Assembly: GCF_054482595.1 (NCBI RefSeq) | Contig: NZ_CM137008.1 | Length of the DNA stretch: 64,000 nt | Strand: one strand, 5' to 3' | Shown: positions 45,229 to 60,070 of the stretch, piece by piece | Layout of the letters: every line of letters begins with the position of its first letter | How positions within the stretch are numbered: position 1 is the stretch's first letter | Translations under genes and position numbers: made by a program | Notes under the pieces: model-generated | Database searches by the model: none | What the model was told of the DNA's origin: nothing | The model's input: only the letters and a program-made list of their open reading frames with translations

Positions 45229-46244
45229 AAGTTGATGCAGTAATCTTATGGGTAGATGGTAATGATCCAAAATGGCAGGAAGAATACAATAAATATTGTA
45301 AGCCGGCCTCTCGAATTGAGAATGGTGTACAAAGATATAGAGATTGGGATACACTACGATATGTAATTCGTGGAATAGAATATAACCTTCCTTGGATTGA
45401 CAAAATACATTTTGTGACATGTGGTCAAAAGCCAAGTTGGATGGTTGGATATCATCCAAAACTCAATTTTGTACATCATAACGATATTTTTGAGAATGAT
45501 ACATTTTTACCCACATTTAATTCAAGTGCAATAGAGTTAAATCTGTCAAGGATAAAGGGATTAAGTGAGAGGTTTATATATTTTAATGATGATATGCTTG
45601 TGCTTAAAAACACTCCTCTTCAGAGGTTTTTTGTAAATGATTTACCGGTGGATTTTTTAATTGAAGCTTTCCCACGGCGTGGGTTATTGTATGAAAAAAT
45701 ACGTTCCAACTCAACTTGGGTTTCAATGATAAATAATTGCACTTCGCTCATAAATAGAGTGTATCACAAGAATAAATATATACAGGATAATCGTAATTTA
45801 TATTATAACATGAACTATGGACGACATGTCATTGCTAATGTACTGGCGTCCCCTTTTAAGCAGTTTTTGGCTTTTAAACACTATCATCATCCTCAAGCAT
45901 ATCTTAAAAAGACATTACAATCCGTTGAGCGTGAGTTCCCAGTGGAGTTTAACTTAACATGCAAATCTAGATTCCGAGAACATGATAATATCTCACAGGC
46001 GTTGTTTAGATATTACCAATTGGTAACTGGTAGTTTTTATCCGTGCTATTATAATGATCATGCCTGTGTTAATGTAGTAAATAAAAAATCTGCAAGCCAG
46101 TGTATTGAAGCTCTTCATCAAAAACGATTTGTGTGTATAAATGATGAGATTAATGACGACTTAGATGATAGTTCAATTTTAATAAATGATATAATTAAAG
46201 AGTTGGATTTGATTCTTCCAAATAAATCAAGTTTTGAGATCTAA
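45225..46244 (+). CDS. Stealth-family hexose-1-phosphate transferase (glycosyl-phosphotransferase)
   Basis: 339-aa ORF; Stealth CR1-like DAVILWVDGNDPKW, CR2-like TLRYVIRGIEYNLPWIDKIHFVT, CR3-like YFNDDM. Confidence 0.75.
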   Translation: MKVDAVILWVDGNDPKWQEEYNKYCKPASRIENGVQRYRDWDTLRYVIRGIEYNLPWIDKIHFVTCGQKPSWMVGYHPKLNFVHHNDIFENDTFLPTFNSSAIELNLSRIKGLSERFIYFNDDMLVLKNTPLQRFFVNDLPVDFLIEAFPRRGLLYEKIRSNSTWVSMINNCTSLINRVYHKNKYIQDNRNLYYNMNYGRHVIANVLASPFKQFLAFKHYHHPQAYLKKTLQSVEREFPVEFNLTCKSRFREHDNISQALFRYYQLVTGSFYPCYYNDHACVNVVNKKSASQCIEALHQKRFVCINDEINDDLDDSSILINDIIKELDLILPNKSSFEI

Positions 46245-46250
46245 ATTAAT

Positions 46251-47069
46251 ATGAATTCGTTTGATGAGTTTAATGTGCTACTATCTCTTTATAAAAATGA
46301 GAGCCCCGATAATCTGGATGCGTGTTTTCAAAGCATAAGCACTCAATCTTTGAAAAGATTTAAAATAATACTTGTCATAGATGGTCCTATTTCTTCTGAG
46401 TTAAATGAGGTTGTCGGAAAGTGGAAGTCACTATTACCTATTAAAATTATCAATCTCGAACGTAATGTTGGCTTAGGTAATGCTTTAAATATAGGTTTGA
46501 AATATTGCAGTTGTGATTATGTGTTTCGTATGGATACAGATGATATTTGTCATCCGGATAGGTTTTCCATACAATTTAGTTATCTGAGGAAACACCCCGA
46601 TATTGATTTGCTTGGTGGACAGATTGTAGAATTCCATGAATGCATAGAGGAGCCTAACGGTATGCGGTTAGTACCTTCTAAATATGAGGAAATTCTTCAG
46701 TATTGTAAACTTAAAAACCCATTTAATCATATGACAGTTGTGTTTAAAAGAGAGAGTGTACTTAAGGTCGGTGGATATAAACATCATTTATATATGGAGG
46801 ATTATAATCTTTGGCTTCGTATGATATCAATTGGTTGCAAAGTGGAAAATTTAGATGATGTGATTGTTTTTGCCCGAACAGACGTGAATTCATTAATGAG
46901 ACGTAGAGGGTGGCAATATGTTAAAAGTGAATGGAAATTAGCACTGTTAAAAATAAAGTTAAGAATAAATAATCCTATTGTTTCTTTATCTGTTTTTATC
47001 CTCCGATCTATACCTCGATTATTACCTATTATGTTGATTCGTAGAATTTATGCCCACAACCGCAAGTGA
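46251..47069 (+). CDS. Glycosyltransferase family 2
   Basis: 272-aa ORF; FNVLLSLYKNE ... VIDGP ... MDTDD motifs. Confidence 0.8.
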   Translation: MNSFDEFNVLLSLYKNESPDNLDACFQSISTQSLKRFKIILVIDGPISSELNEVVGKWKSLLPIKIINLERNVGLGNALNIGLKYCSCDYVFRMDTDDICHPDRFSIQFSYLRKHPDIDLLGGQIVEFHECIEEPNGMRLVPSKYEEILQYCKLKNPFNHMTVVFKRESVLKVGGYKHHLYMEDYNLWLRMISIGCKVENLDDVIVFARTDVNSLMRRRGWQYVKSEWKLALLKIKLRINNPIVSLSVFILRSIPRLLPIMLIRRIYAHNRK

Positions 47070-47217
47070 ATTTTTTTAAGTCATATTGAGTAATTGAGTA
47101 ATAGTTTTCCTATGTAATCAAAATTAACTATCAGTTTTATTATTAGTTGGGTAATATCTCTCTATATCTCAACCAGTGCAGTCATTGCATGGTGAACACC
47201 CCTGACAGGAGTAAACA

Positions 47218-48624
47218 ATGTCAAAGCAACAGATTGGCGTCGTCGGTATGGCAGTGATGGGGCGCAACCTTGCGCTCAACATCGAAAGCCGTGGTTATAC
47301 CGTCTCTATTTTCAACCGTTCCCGTGAAAAGACGGAAGAAGTGATTGCCGAAAATCCAGGCAAAAAACTGGTTCCTTACTATACGGTGAAAGAGTTTGTT
47401 GAATCTCTGGAAACGCCTCGTCGCATCCTGTTAATGGTGAAAGCAGGTGCAGGCACGGATGCTGCTATTGATTCCCTCAAGCCATACCTCGATAAAGGTG
47501 ACATCATCATTGATGGTGGTAATACTTTCTTCCAGGACACCATTCGTCGTAACCGTGAACTTTCTGCCGAAGGCTTTAACTTCATTGGTACCGGTGTTTC
47601 CGGTGGTGAAGAAGGCGCGCTGAAAGGGCCTTCCATTATGCCTGGTGGCCAGAAAGAAGCCTATGAACTGGTTGCACCGATCCTCACCAAAATCGCCGCA
47701 GTGGCTGAAGACGGTGAGCCATGCGTTACCTATATTGGTGCCGATGGAGCAGGTCACTATGTGAAGATGGTTCACAACGGTATTGAATACGGCGATATGC
47801 AGCTGATTGCTGAAGCCTATTCTCTGCTTAAAGGTGGCCTGAATCTTTCCAACGAAGAACTGGCGCAGACGTTTACCGAGTGGAATAACGGTGAACTGAG
47901 CAGCTACCTGATCGACATCACCAAAGATATCTTCACCAAAAAAGATGAAGACGGTAACTACCTGGTTGATGTGATTCTGGATGAAGCAGCAAACAAAGGT
48001 ACGGGCAAATGGACCAGCCAGAGTGCGCTGGATCTCGGCGAACCGTTGTCGCTGATTACCGAGTCTGTGTTTGCTCGTTATATCTCTTCTCTGAAAGATC
48101 AGCGTGTTGCCGCATCTAAAGTTCTCTCTGGCCCGCAAGCACAGCCAGCAGGCGACAAGGCTGAGTTCATCGAAAAAGTTCGTCGTGCGCTGTATCTGGG
48201 CAAAATCGTTTCTTACGCCCAGGGCTTCTCTCAGCTGCGTGCTGCGTCTGAAGAGTACAACTGGGATCTGAACTACGGCGAAATCGCGAAGATTTTCCGT
48301 GCTGGTTGCATCATCCGTGCGCAGTTCCTGCAGAAAATCACCGATGCATACGCCGAAAATCCGCAGATCGCTAACCTGCTGCTGGCTCCGTACTTCAAGC
48401 AAATTGCCGATGACTACCAGCAGGCGCTGCGCGATGTCGTCGCTTATGCGGTACAGAACGGTATCCCGGTTCCGACCTTCGCCGCTGCGGTTGCCTATTA
48501 TGACAGCTACCGCGCCGCAGTTCTGCCTGCGAACCTGATCCAGGCACAGCGTGACTATTTCGGTGCGCATACTTATAAGCGCATTGATAAAGAAGGTGTG
48601 TTCCATACCGAATGGTTGGATTAA
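47218..48624 (+). CDS. gnd: 6-phosphogluconate dehydrogenase (decarboxylating)
   Basis: 468-aa [22 protein letters not shown]-binding motif. Confidence 0.95.
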   Translation: MSKQQIGVVGMAVMGRNLALNIESRGYTVSIFNRSREKTEEVIAENPGKKLVPYYTVKEFVESLETPRRILLMVKAGAGTDAAIDSLKPYLDKGDIIIDGGNTFFQDTIRRNRELSAEGFNFIGTGVSGGEEGALKGPSIMPGGQKEAYELVAPILTKIAAVAEDGEPCVTYIGADGAGHYVKMVHNGIEYGDMQLIAEAYSLLKGGLNLSNEELAQTFTEWNNGELSSYLIDITKDIFTKKDEDGNYLVDVILDEAANKGTGKWTSQSALDLGEPLSLITESVFARYISSLKDQRVAASKVLSGPQAQPAGDKAEFIEKVRRALYLGKIVSYAQGFSQLRAASEEYNWDLNYGEIAKIFRAGCIIRAQFLQKITDAYAENPQIANLLLAPYFKQIADDYQQALRDVVAYAVQNGIPVPTFAAAVAYYDSYRAAVLPANLIQAQRDYFGAHTYKRIDKEGVFHTEWLD

Positions 48625-48650
48625 TCTGATCTAACCAACAATAAATTTAG

Positions 48651-48678
48651 GCCCGGCGTATATTGCGCCGGGCTTTTT
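48651..48678 (+). terminator. GC-rich hairpin plus T-run after gnd (gnd terminator or IS200 left-end terminator)
   Basis: gcccggcg / cgccgggc stem with 7-nt loop, then TTTTT. Confidence 0.6.
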
Positions 48679-48821
48679 GTGCACAGAAAACCCCCAGCTA
48701 GGCTGGGGGTTCCGGAAAGCTATCAGCTTTGAGCCAGTTATTAAAACCCCTTTTGATTTGTTAAAACACCTTGCGGTCTGGCAACTGCAAGTGTCAAACA
48801 AGAAATCAAAAGGGGGTCCCA

Positions 48822-49280
48822 ATGGGGAACGAAAAGAGCTTAGCGCACACCCGATGGAACTGTAAATATCACATAGTTTTTGCGCCAAAATACTGAAGAC
48901 AAGTGTTCTACAGAGAGAAACGTAGAGCAATAGGCAGTATTTTGAGAAAGCTGTGTGAGTGGAAAAGCGTACGGATTCTTGAAACTGAATGCTGTGCAGA
49001 TCATATCCATATGCTTGTGGAGAGCCCGCCCAAAATGAGCGTATCCGGCTTTATGGGATATCTGAAAGGGAAAAGCAGTCTGATGCTTTACGAGCAGTTT
49101 GATGATTTGAAATTCAAATACAGGAACAGGGAGTTCTGGTGCAGAGGGTACTACGTCGATACGGTGGGTAAGAACACGGCGAAGATACAGGATTACATAA
49201 AGCACCAGCTTGAAGAGGATAAAATGGGAGAGCAGTTATCGATTCCCTATCCGGGCAGCCCGTTTACGGGCCGTAAGTAA
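48822..49280 (+). pseudogene. tnpA: IS200 tnpA (Y1 HuH transposase) interrupted by an in-frame TGA at codon 25
   Basis: MGNEKSLAHTRWNCKYHIVFAPKY, TGA at 48894-48896, then the same frame continues through HIHMLVE (HuH motif) to the stop at 49280. Confidence 0.75.
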
Positions 49281-49361
49281 CGAAGTTGGATGCAAATGTC
49301 AGATCGTGTGCGCCTGTTAGGGCGCGGCTGGTAAGAGAGCCTTATAGGCGCATTTGAAAAA

Positions 49362-49392
49362 CCTCCGGCTATGCCGGAGGATATTTATTTTT
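49362..49392 (+). terminator. Hairpin plus T-run at the IS200-like right end
   Basis: cctccggc / gccggagg stem with 3-nt loop, followed by atatttattttt. Confidence 0.55.
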
Positions 49393-49573
49393 GCCAATTA
49401 TCTTATAGACTAAATTTCACTGCTTAATATTAACTTAATAAATATCAGCTATTCTTATAAAGAAAATCTGAATTGTTTTTCGTTGCGTTGACCATCTGAC
49501 AACGTAGCGTTAAAACTTTTAGCTCTTATCAGGATGCTAAAAACATCATGATTCACAGTTAAGTTAATTCTGA

Positions 49574-50749
<1,176 letters not shown>

Positions 50750-50759
50750 CATCCTGTTA

Positions 50760-50790
50760 TCAGGGCGATTTTCGCCCTGATTCTCTTATG
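50760..50790 (+). terminator. Putative terminator hairpin after ugd
   Basis: atcagggcg / cgccctgat stem with 5-nt loop, then a U-rich tail. Confidence 0.5.
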
Positions 50791-50895
50791 TTCCCTTTGT
50801 AATAATTCATTATTTTTATCATTTATCCTATAGCATTCATGGCGATTATCGCTAAACTATGGCGACTTAAAATTATTTCGTCCGTTAGGGTAATG

Positions 50896-51876
50896 ATGAG
50901 AGTAGAAAATAATAATGTTTCTGGGCAAAACCATGACCAGGAACAGATTGATTTGATTGATTTACTGGTGCAGTTGTGGCGTGGCAAGATGACAATTATC
51001 ATCTCTGTCATTGTTGCTATTGCCCTGGCTATTGGGTATTTGGCGGTAGCGAAGGAGAAATGGACGTCAACAGCAATTATCACTCAGCCTGACGTGGGGC
51101 AAATTGCTGGCTATAACAATGCCATGAATGTTATCTATGGTCAGGCTGCACCTAAAGTGCCGGATTTACAGGAGGCGTTAATTGGTCGCTTCAGTTCTGC
51201 CTTCTCTGCATTAGCAGAAACGCTGGATAATCAGAAAGAACCAGAAAAACTTACCATCGAACCTTCTGTAAAGAACCAGCAATTACCATTGACTGTTTCT
51301 TATGTTGGGCAAACTGCAGAGGACGCACAAATGAAATTGGCCCAATACATTCAGCAAGTTGATGATAAAGTAAATCAAGAGCTAGAAAAGGATCTCAAGG
51401 ACAACCTTGCTTTGGGACGGAAAAACTTGCAGGACTCTTTAAGAACTCAGGAAGTGGTTGCGCAGGAGCAGAAAGATCTGCGTATCCGTCAGATTCAGGA
51501 AGCGTTGCAGTATGCGAATCAGGCGCAGGTGACAAAACCGCAGATTCAACAGACTGGCGAAGATATCACACAAGATACGTTGTTCCTTTTGGGGAGCGAA
51601 GCGCTGGAGTCGATGATTAAGCATGAGGCAACTCGTCCGTTGGTGTTTTCGCCAGACTACTATCAGACTCGTCAAAACCTGCTGGATATCGAAAACTTAA
51701 AGGTTGACGATCTTGATATTCATGCTTACCGTTATGTGATGAAACCGACGTTACCTATTCGTCGCGATAGCCCGAAAAAGGCAATTACCTTGATTCTGGC
51801 GGTGCTGCTGGGCGGCATGGTTGGCGCGGGGATTGTGTTGGGGCGTAATGCTCTGCGTAATTACAACTCGAAGTAA
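50896..51876 (+). CDS. wzzB: O-antigen chain-length determinant (polysaccharide co-polymerase 1)
   Basis: 326 aa from ATG at 50896 (MRVENNNVSG); two TM segments flanking a periplasmic coiled-coil region. Confidence 0.9.
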   Translation: MRVENNNVSGQNHDQEQIDLIDLLVQLWRGKMTIIISVIVAIALAIGYLAVAKEKWTSTAIITQPDVGQIAGYNNAMNVIYGQAAPKVPDLQEALIGRFSSAFSALAETLDNQKEPEKLTIEPSVKNQQLPLTVSYVGQTAEDAQMKLAQYIQQVDDKVNQELEKDLKDNLALGRKNLQDSLRTQEVVAQEQKDLRIRQIQEALQYANQAQVTKPQIQQTGEDITQDTLFLLGSEALESMIKHEATRPLVFSPDYYQTRQNLLDIENLKVDDLDIHAYRYVMKPTLPIRRDSPKKAITLILAVLLGGMVGAGIVLGRNALRNYNSK

Positions 51877-51898
51877 TCTTTTCGGTTTTAAAGAAAAT

Positions 51899-51931
51899 GG
51901 GCAGGGTGGTGACACCTTGCCCGTTTTTTTT
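51899..51931. terminator. Bidirectional rho-independent terminator between convergent wzzB and hisI
   Basis: gggcaggg / ccttgccc stem followed by TTTTTTTT on the plus strand; U-rich on the minus strand as well. Confidence 0.65.
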
Positions 51932-51972
51932 GCCGGATGCGACGACAATATCGCATCCGCTTACCCCGCAAC

Positions 51973-52577
51973 TCACTGATGCCGTTTACGCAGGTTCTCA
52001 ATCACCGTCGTTAAGTCCAGATCCTGATCCTGCAATAGCACCAGCAGGTGATACATCAAATCAGATGCCTCGTTGGTCAGCTCAAAGCGGTCATGTACTG
52101 TCGCTGCCAGTGCGGTTTCCACGCCTTCTTCGCCCACTTTCTGCGCAATGCGCTTGGTGCCGCTGGCATACAGTTTGGCGGTATAGGAGGTTTCCGGGTC
52201 GGCAGATTTACGTTCGGCGAGCAGTTGTTCCAGTTGATACAGGAACAGCCACTGGTGAGCGGTGTCGCCGAAGCAGCTGCTGGTGCCTTTGTGGCAGGTC
52301 GGGCCGATGGGATTCGCCAGCAACAGTAACGTGTCGTTGTCGCAGTCCGGCGTAATATTTACTACGTTGAGGAAATTGCCCGACGTTTCGCCTTTGGTCC
52401 ACAGTCGCTGTTTAGTGCGCGAGAAGAAGGTGACTTTGCCGCTTTCGATGGTTTTGTCCAGGGCTTGCGGGTTCATATAGCCCAGCATTAACACTTCACC
52501 GGATACCGCGTGTTGCACAATCACCGGCATAAGTCCGTCGGTTTTTTCCCAGTCCAGTTCGCGACGTTGTTGTTCTG

Positions 52578-52584
<7 letters not shown>
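51973..52584 (-). CDS. hisI: Bifunctional phosphoribosyl-AMP cyclohydrolase / phosphoribosyl-ATP pyrophosphatase
   Basis: 203-aa ORF matching HisIE. Confidence 0.95.
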
Positions 52585-54662
<2,078 letters not shown>

Positions 54663-54663
<1 letters not shown>

Positions 54664-55729
54664 TACAGCACTCCTTTCGACGAGGGCAGGGTATCGCCTT
54701 CCACGCGGATGGCCTGGCGCAGGGTGCGACCAAAAGCTTTGAACAGGCTCTCTACACGGTGATGATCGTTTTTACCTTTGGTTTTCAGGTGCAACGTCAC
54801 GCCCATGGTGTAAGAGAGCGAACGGAAGAAGTGCTCGATCATTTCAGTGCTGAGATCGCCCACGCGCTGGTAGGTAAATTCAGCTTTATATTCCAGGTGC
54901 GGGCGACCAGAGATATCCAGTGCGCAGCGGGCAAGGCATTCGTCCATCGGCAGCACAAAACCAAAGCGGCAAATACCGCGTTTGTCGCCAAGAGCAATTT
55001 TTAACGCTTCGCCCAGCGCCAGGCCGGTATCTTCGACGGTGTGGTGATCGTCGATATAGAGGTCGCCTTTGACGTTGATTTCCATCCGGAAACCGCCGTG
55101 GGTGGCGATCTGATCCAGCATGTGATCAAAGAAGCCAACGCCGGTGTTAATCTTGCTGCCACCTTCGCGATCCAGCCACACCTGGACGTCAATTTGCGTC
55201 TCTTTGGTGTTGCGCACCACATGGGCGTAACGGTCTCGTTTAGTGAGCTGCTCGCCAATCATTGGCCAGTTCAGGGTTTCGCGGTCATAGCGTAAACCAT
55301 TAATGCCCATGTTTTCCGCCAGTTGAATGTCGGTCGCGCGATCGCCAATCACATAACTGTTGGCACGGTCCATCGCTTGCTCAGCCAGATAACGCTCTAC
55401 CAGTTTTACTTTCGGCTTACGGCAGTCGCACTCATCGGCGGGCAGGTGCGGACAAATCAGCACTTCATCAAACTGCACGCCTTGCGAGGTGAAGATCTGC
55501 ATCATCAGGTTGTGCGGGCCATCAAAATCCGCCTGCGGGAAACTTTGTGTTCCCAGACCATCCTGATTAGTGATCATCACCAGCTTGTAGCCCGCTTTTT
55601 GCAGCTTCAGTAGCTCCGGGATCACGCCCGGTTCAAAGGCGAGTTTGTCAAAACGGTCCACCTGAAAATCACTCGGCGGTTCGCTAATCAGGGTTCCATC
55701 GCGATCGATAAAAAGATACTTCTGACTCA

Positions 55730-55730
<1 letters not shown>
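54663..55730 (-). CDS. hisB: Bifunctional histidinol-phosphatase / imidazoleglycerol-phosphate dehydratase
   Basis: 355 aa from [14 protein letters not shown] (HAD motif). Confidence 0.95.
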
Positions 55731-58101
<2,371 letters not shown>

Positions 58102-58106
58102 GGCGA

Positions 58107-59006
58107 TCACTCCATCATCTTCTCAATCGGCAGGACCAGGATTGAACTGGCACCCAGCGCTTTCAGTTTTTCCATGGTTTCCCAGAACAGGGTTTCGCTA
58201 CTGACCATGTGCATCGCTACGCGCTGTTGATCACCCGCCAGCGGTAGAATAGTTGGGCGTTCGGCACCTGGCAGCAGGGCGATGACTTCATCCAGACGTT
58301 CGGTCGGTGCGTGCATCATGATGTATTTTGATTCGCGCGCCTGGATCACACCCTGAATACGGGTCAGCAGTTTGTCGATCAGTTGCTGTTTGGATTCTTC
58401 CATTTCGCCATCGCGCTGGATCAGGCAGGCTTTCGAGCGGTAGATAACTTCGACTTCGCGCAGGCCGTTAGCTTCCAGCGTGGCACCGGTGGAAACCAGA
58501 TCGCAAATCGCATCCGCCAGTCCGGCACGCGGGGCGACTTCAACAGAACCGTTCAGTAAGCAGGATTTAAAAGAGATGCCTTTCTGGTCGAGATAACGCT
58601 TGAGCAGGTGAGGATAAGAGGTGGCGATACGTTTACCGTTTAAGGAGAGCGGGCCGTCCCAGGCTTCATCAACTGGCGTTGCCAGCGAAAGACGGCAGCC
58701 GCCGAAATCCAGACGACGCAGGGTAAAGTAGCGTGGATCTTCACCCTGGGCGCGGCGGTTAAGCAGCTCTTCTTCCAGCACGTTTTCGCCGATAATCCCA
58801 AGGTCTACCACGCCATCCATTACCAGACCGGGAATGTCGTCGTCACGCACGCGCAGAATATCAATCGGCATGTTTTCTGCCATCGCGATCAGGCGCTGGG
58901 TGTGAAGATTGATTTTAATGCCACAGCGCGCCAGCAATTCGCGTGAGTCATCACTTAAACGGCCGGATTTCTGCATAGCTATGCGTAAACGAGTGTTGTC
59001 TGTCAT
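58107..59006 (-). CDS. hisG: ATP phosphoribosyltransferase
   Basis: 299 aa from [18 protein letters not shown]. Confidence 0.95.
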
Positions 59007-59061
59007 TTTCTTATTCCTCTTTAAACCTGTCTGAACCGTTATCAACCGCGCAATAAAAAAG

Positions 59062-59094
59062 CCCCCGGAAGGTGATCTTCCGGGGGCTTTCTCA
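59062..59094 (-). terminator. his attenuator terminator hairpin
   Basis: Minus strand reads agcccccggaag-atcac-cttccgggggct followed by UUUUUAUU, between hisL and hisG. Confidence 0.85.
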
Positions 59095-59151
59095 TGCGTT
59101 CATGCACCACTGGAAGATCTGAATGTCTTCCAGCACACATCGCCTGAAAGA

Positions 59152-59202
59152 CTAGTCAGGATGATGGTGATGATGGTGGTGTTTAAATTGAACGCGTGTC
59201 AT
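59152..59202 (-). CDS. hisL: his operon leader peptide
   Basis: Minus strand encodes MTRVQFKHHHHHHHPD-stop, with seven consecutive His codons. Confidence 0.9.
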   Translation of the reverse strand: MTRVQFKHHHHHHHPD

Positions 59203-59452
59203 AAAAGTCTCTGTGAATGTTTATTCAACTGATGTCTTTTAACCTAAACCACTTTCACGTTAGAAAGCAAGGGCTTTTTTATATATTTTATGGCGATGGA
59301 TTTGTTTAATGAATGAGCGGGGAAAGGAGGGCGCTAAGAGGACTGTCCTCTAACCTGACGGTACCCAAAATAGCGAAGCCTGGATTTTTCGTCTCACTGA
59401 CAATGTCTTGATCTACAAACTAATTAATAAATAGTGAATCAACGTCTATCAT

Positions 59453-59470
59453 TGTACAATAAGCTGTACA
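59453..59470. promoter_or_regulatory. yefM-yoeB operator (paired TGTACA motifs)
   Basis: tgtacaataagctgtaca, 15 nt upstream of the yefM ATG. Confidence 0.65.
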
Positions 59471-59485
59471 AAAGAGGAGATTGAC

Positions 59486-59737
59486 ATGCGTACAATTAGT
59501 TACAGCGAAGCGCGTCAGAATTTGTCGGCAACAATGATGAAAGCCGTTGAAGATCATGCCCCGATCCTTATTACTCGTCAGAATGGAGAGGCTTGTGTTC
59601 TGATGTCACTCGAAGAATACAACTCGCTGGAAGAGACGGCTTATCTACTGCGTTCCCCCGCTAACGCCCGGAGATTGATGGACTCAATCGATAGCCTGAA
59701 AGCAGGCAAAGGAACGGAAAAGGACATTATTGAGTGA
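59486..59737 (+). CDS. yefM: Antitoxin YefM (Phd family)
   Basis: 83-aa [18 protein letters not shown]; 4-bp overlap with yoeB. Confidence 0.95.
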   Translation: MRTISYSEARQNLSATMMKAVEDHAPILITRQNGEACVLMSLEEYNSLEETAYLLRSPANARRLMDSIDSLKAGKGTEKDIIE

Positions 59738-59988
59738 AACTAATCTGGTCTGAGGAGTCATGGGATGATTATCTGTACTGGCAGGAAACAGATAAGCGAA
59801 TTGTTAAAAAGATCAATGAACTTATCAAAGATACCCGCAGAACACCATTTGAAGGTAAGGGGAAGCCAGAACCCCTGAAGCATAATTTGTCAGGCTTCTG
59901 GTCCCGACGCATTACAGAGGAGCACCGTCTGGTATACGCGGTTACTGACGATTCACTGCTCATTGCAGCATGTCGTTATCATTATTGA
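59734..59988 (+). CDS. yoeB: Toxin YoeB (RelE-family ribosome-dependent mRNA interferase)
   Basis: 84-aa ORF matching YoeB. Confidence 0.95.
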   Translation: MKLIWSEESWDDYLYWQETDKRIVKKINELIKDTRRTPFEGKGKPEPLKHNLSGFWSRRITEEHRLVYAVTDDSLLIAACRYHY

Positions 59989-60070
59989 ACAGATTCATTC
60001 ATAGAATGAATTGTCAGTTTTGATACGCTAGCGTAGCCTTATAGATCTAAGGTGTATCAGGAGATAACGG

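Larger units (their letters stand above)
48646..49395 (+). mobile_element. IS200-like insertion (IS200/IS605 family) between gnd and ugd; boundaries approximate
   Basis: Contains a Y1 HuH transposase reading frame flanked by hairpins; about 0.7 kb, the size of IS200. Confidence 0.7.

Noticed and set aside
47431-48606. 391-aa ORF on the minus strand
   Set aside because: Lies entirely antisense to gnd, whose product is unmistakable; no independent signal, typical long antisense ORF in a GC-balanced gene
48677-48865. 62-aa ORF upstream of the IS200 tnpA
   Set aside because: Different frame from tnpA and spans the structured 5' UTR hairpins; the real N-terminus of TnpA is in the tnpA frame starting at 48822
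48894-48896. In-frame TGA in tnpA as a possible selenocysteine or programmed recoding site
   Set aside because: No SECIS-like hairpin immediately downstream and no precedent in IS200 transposases; a simple nonsense mutation is the more economical explanation
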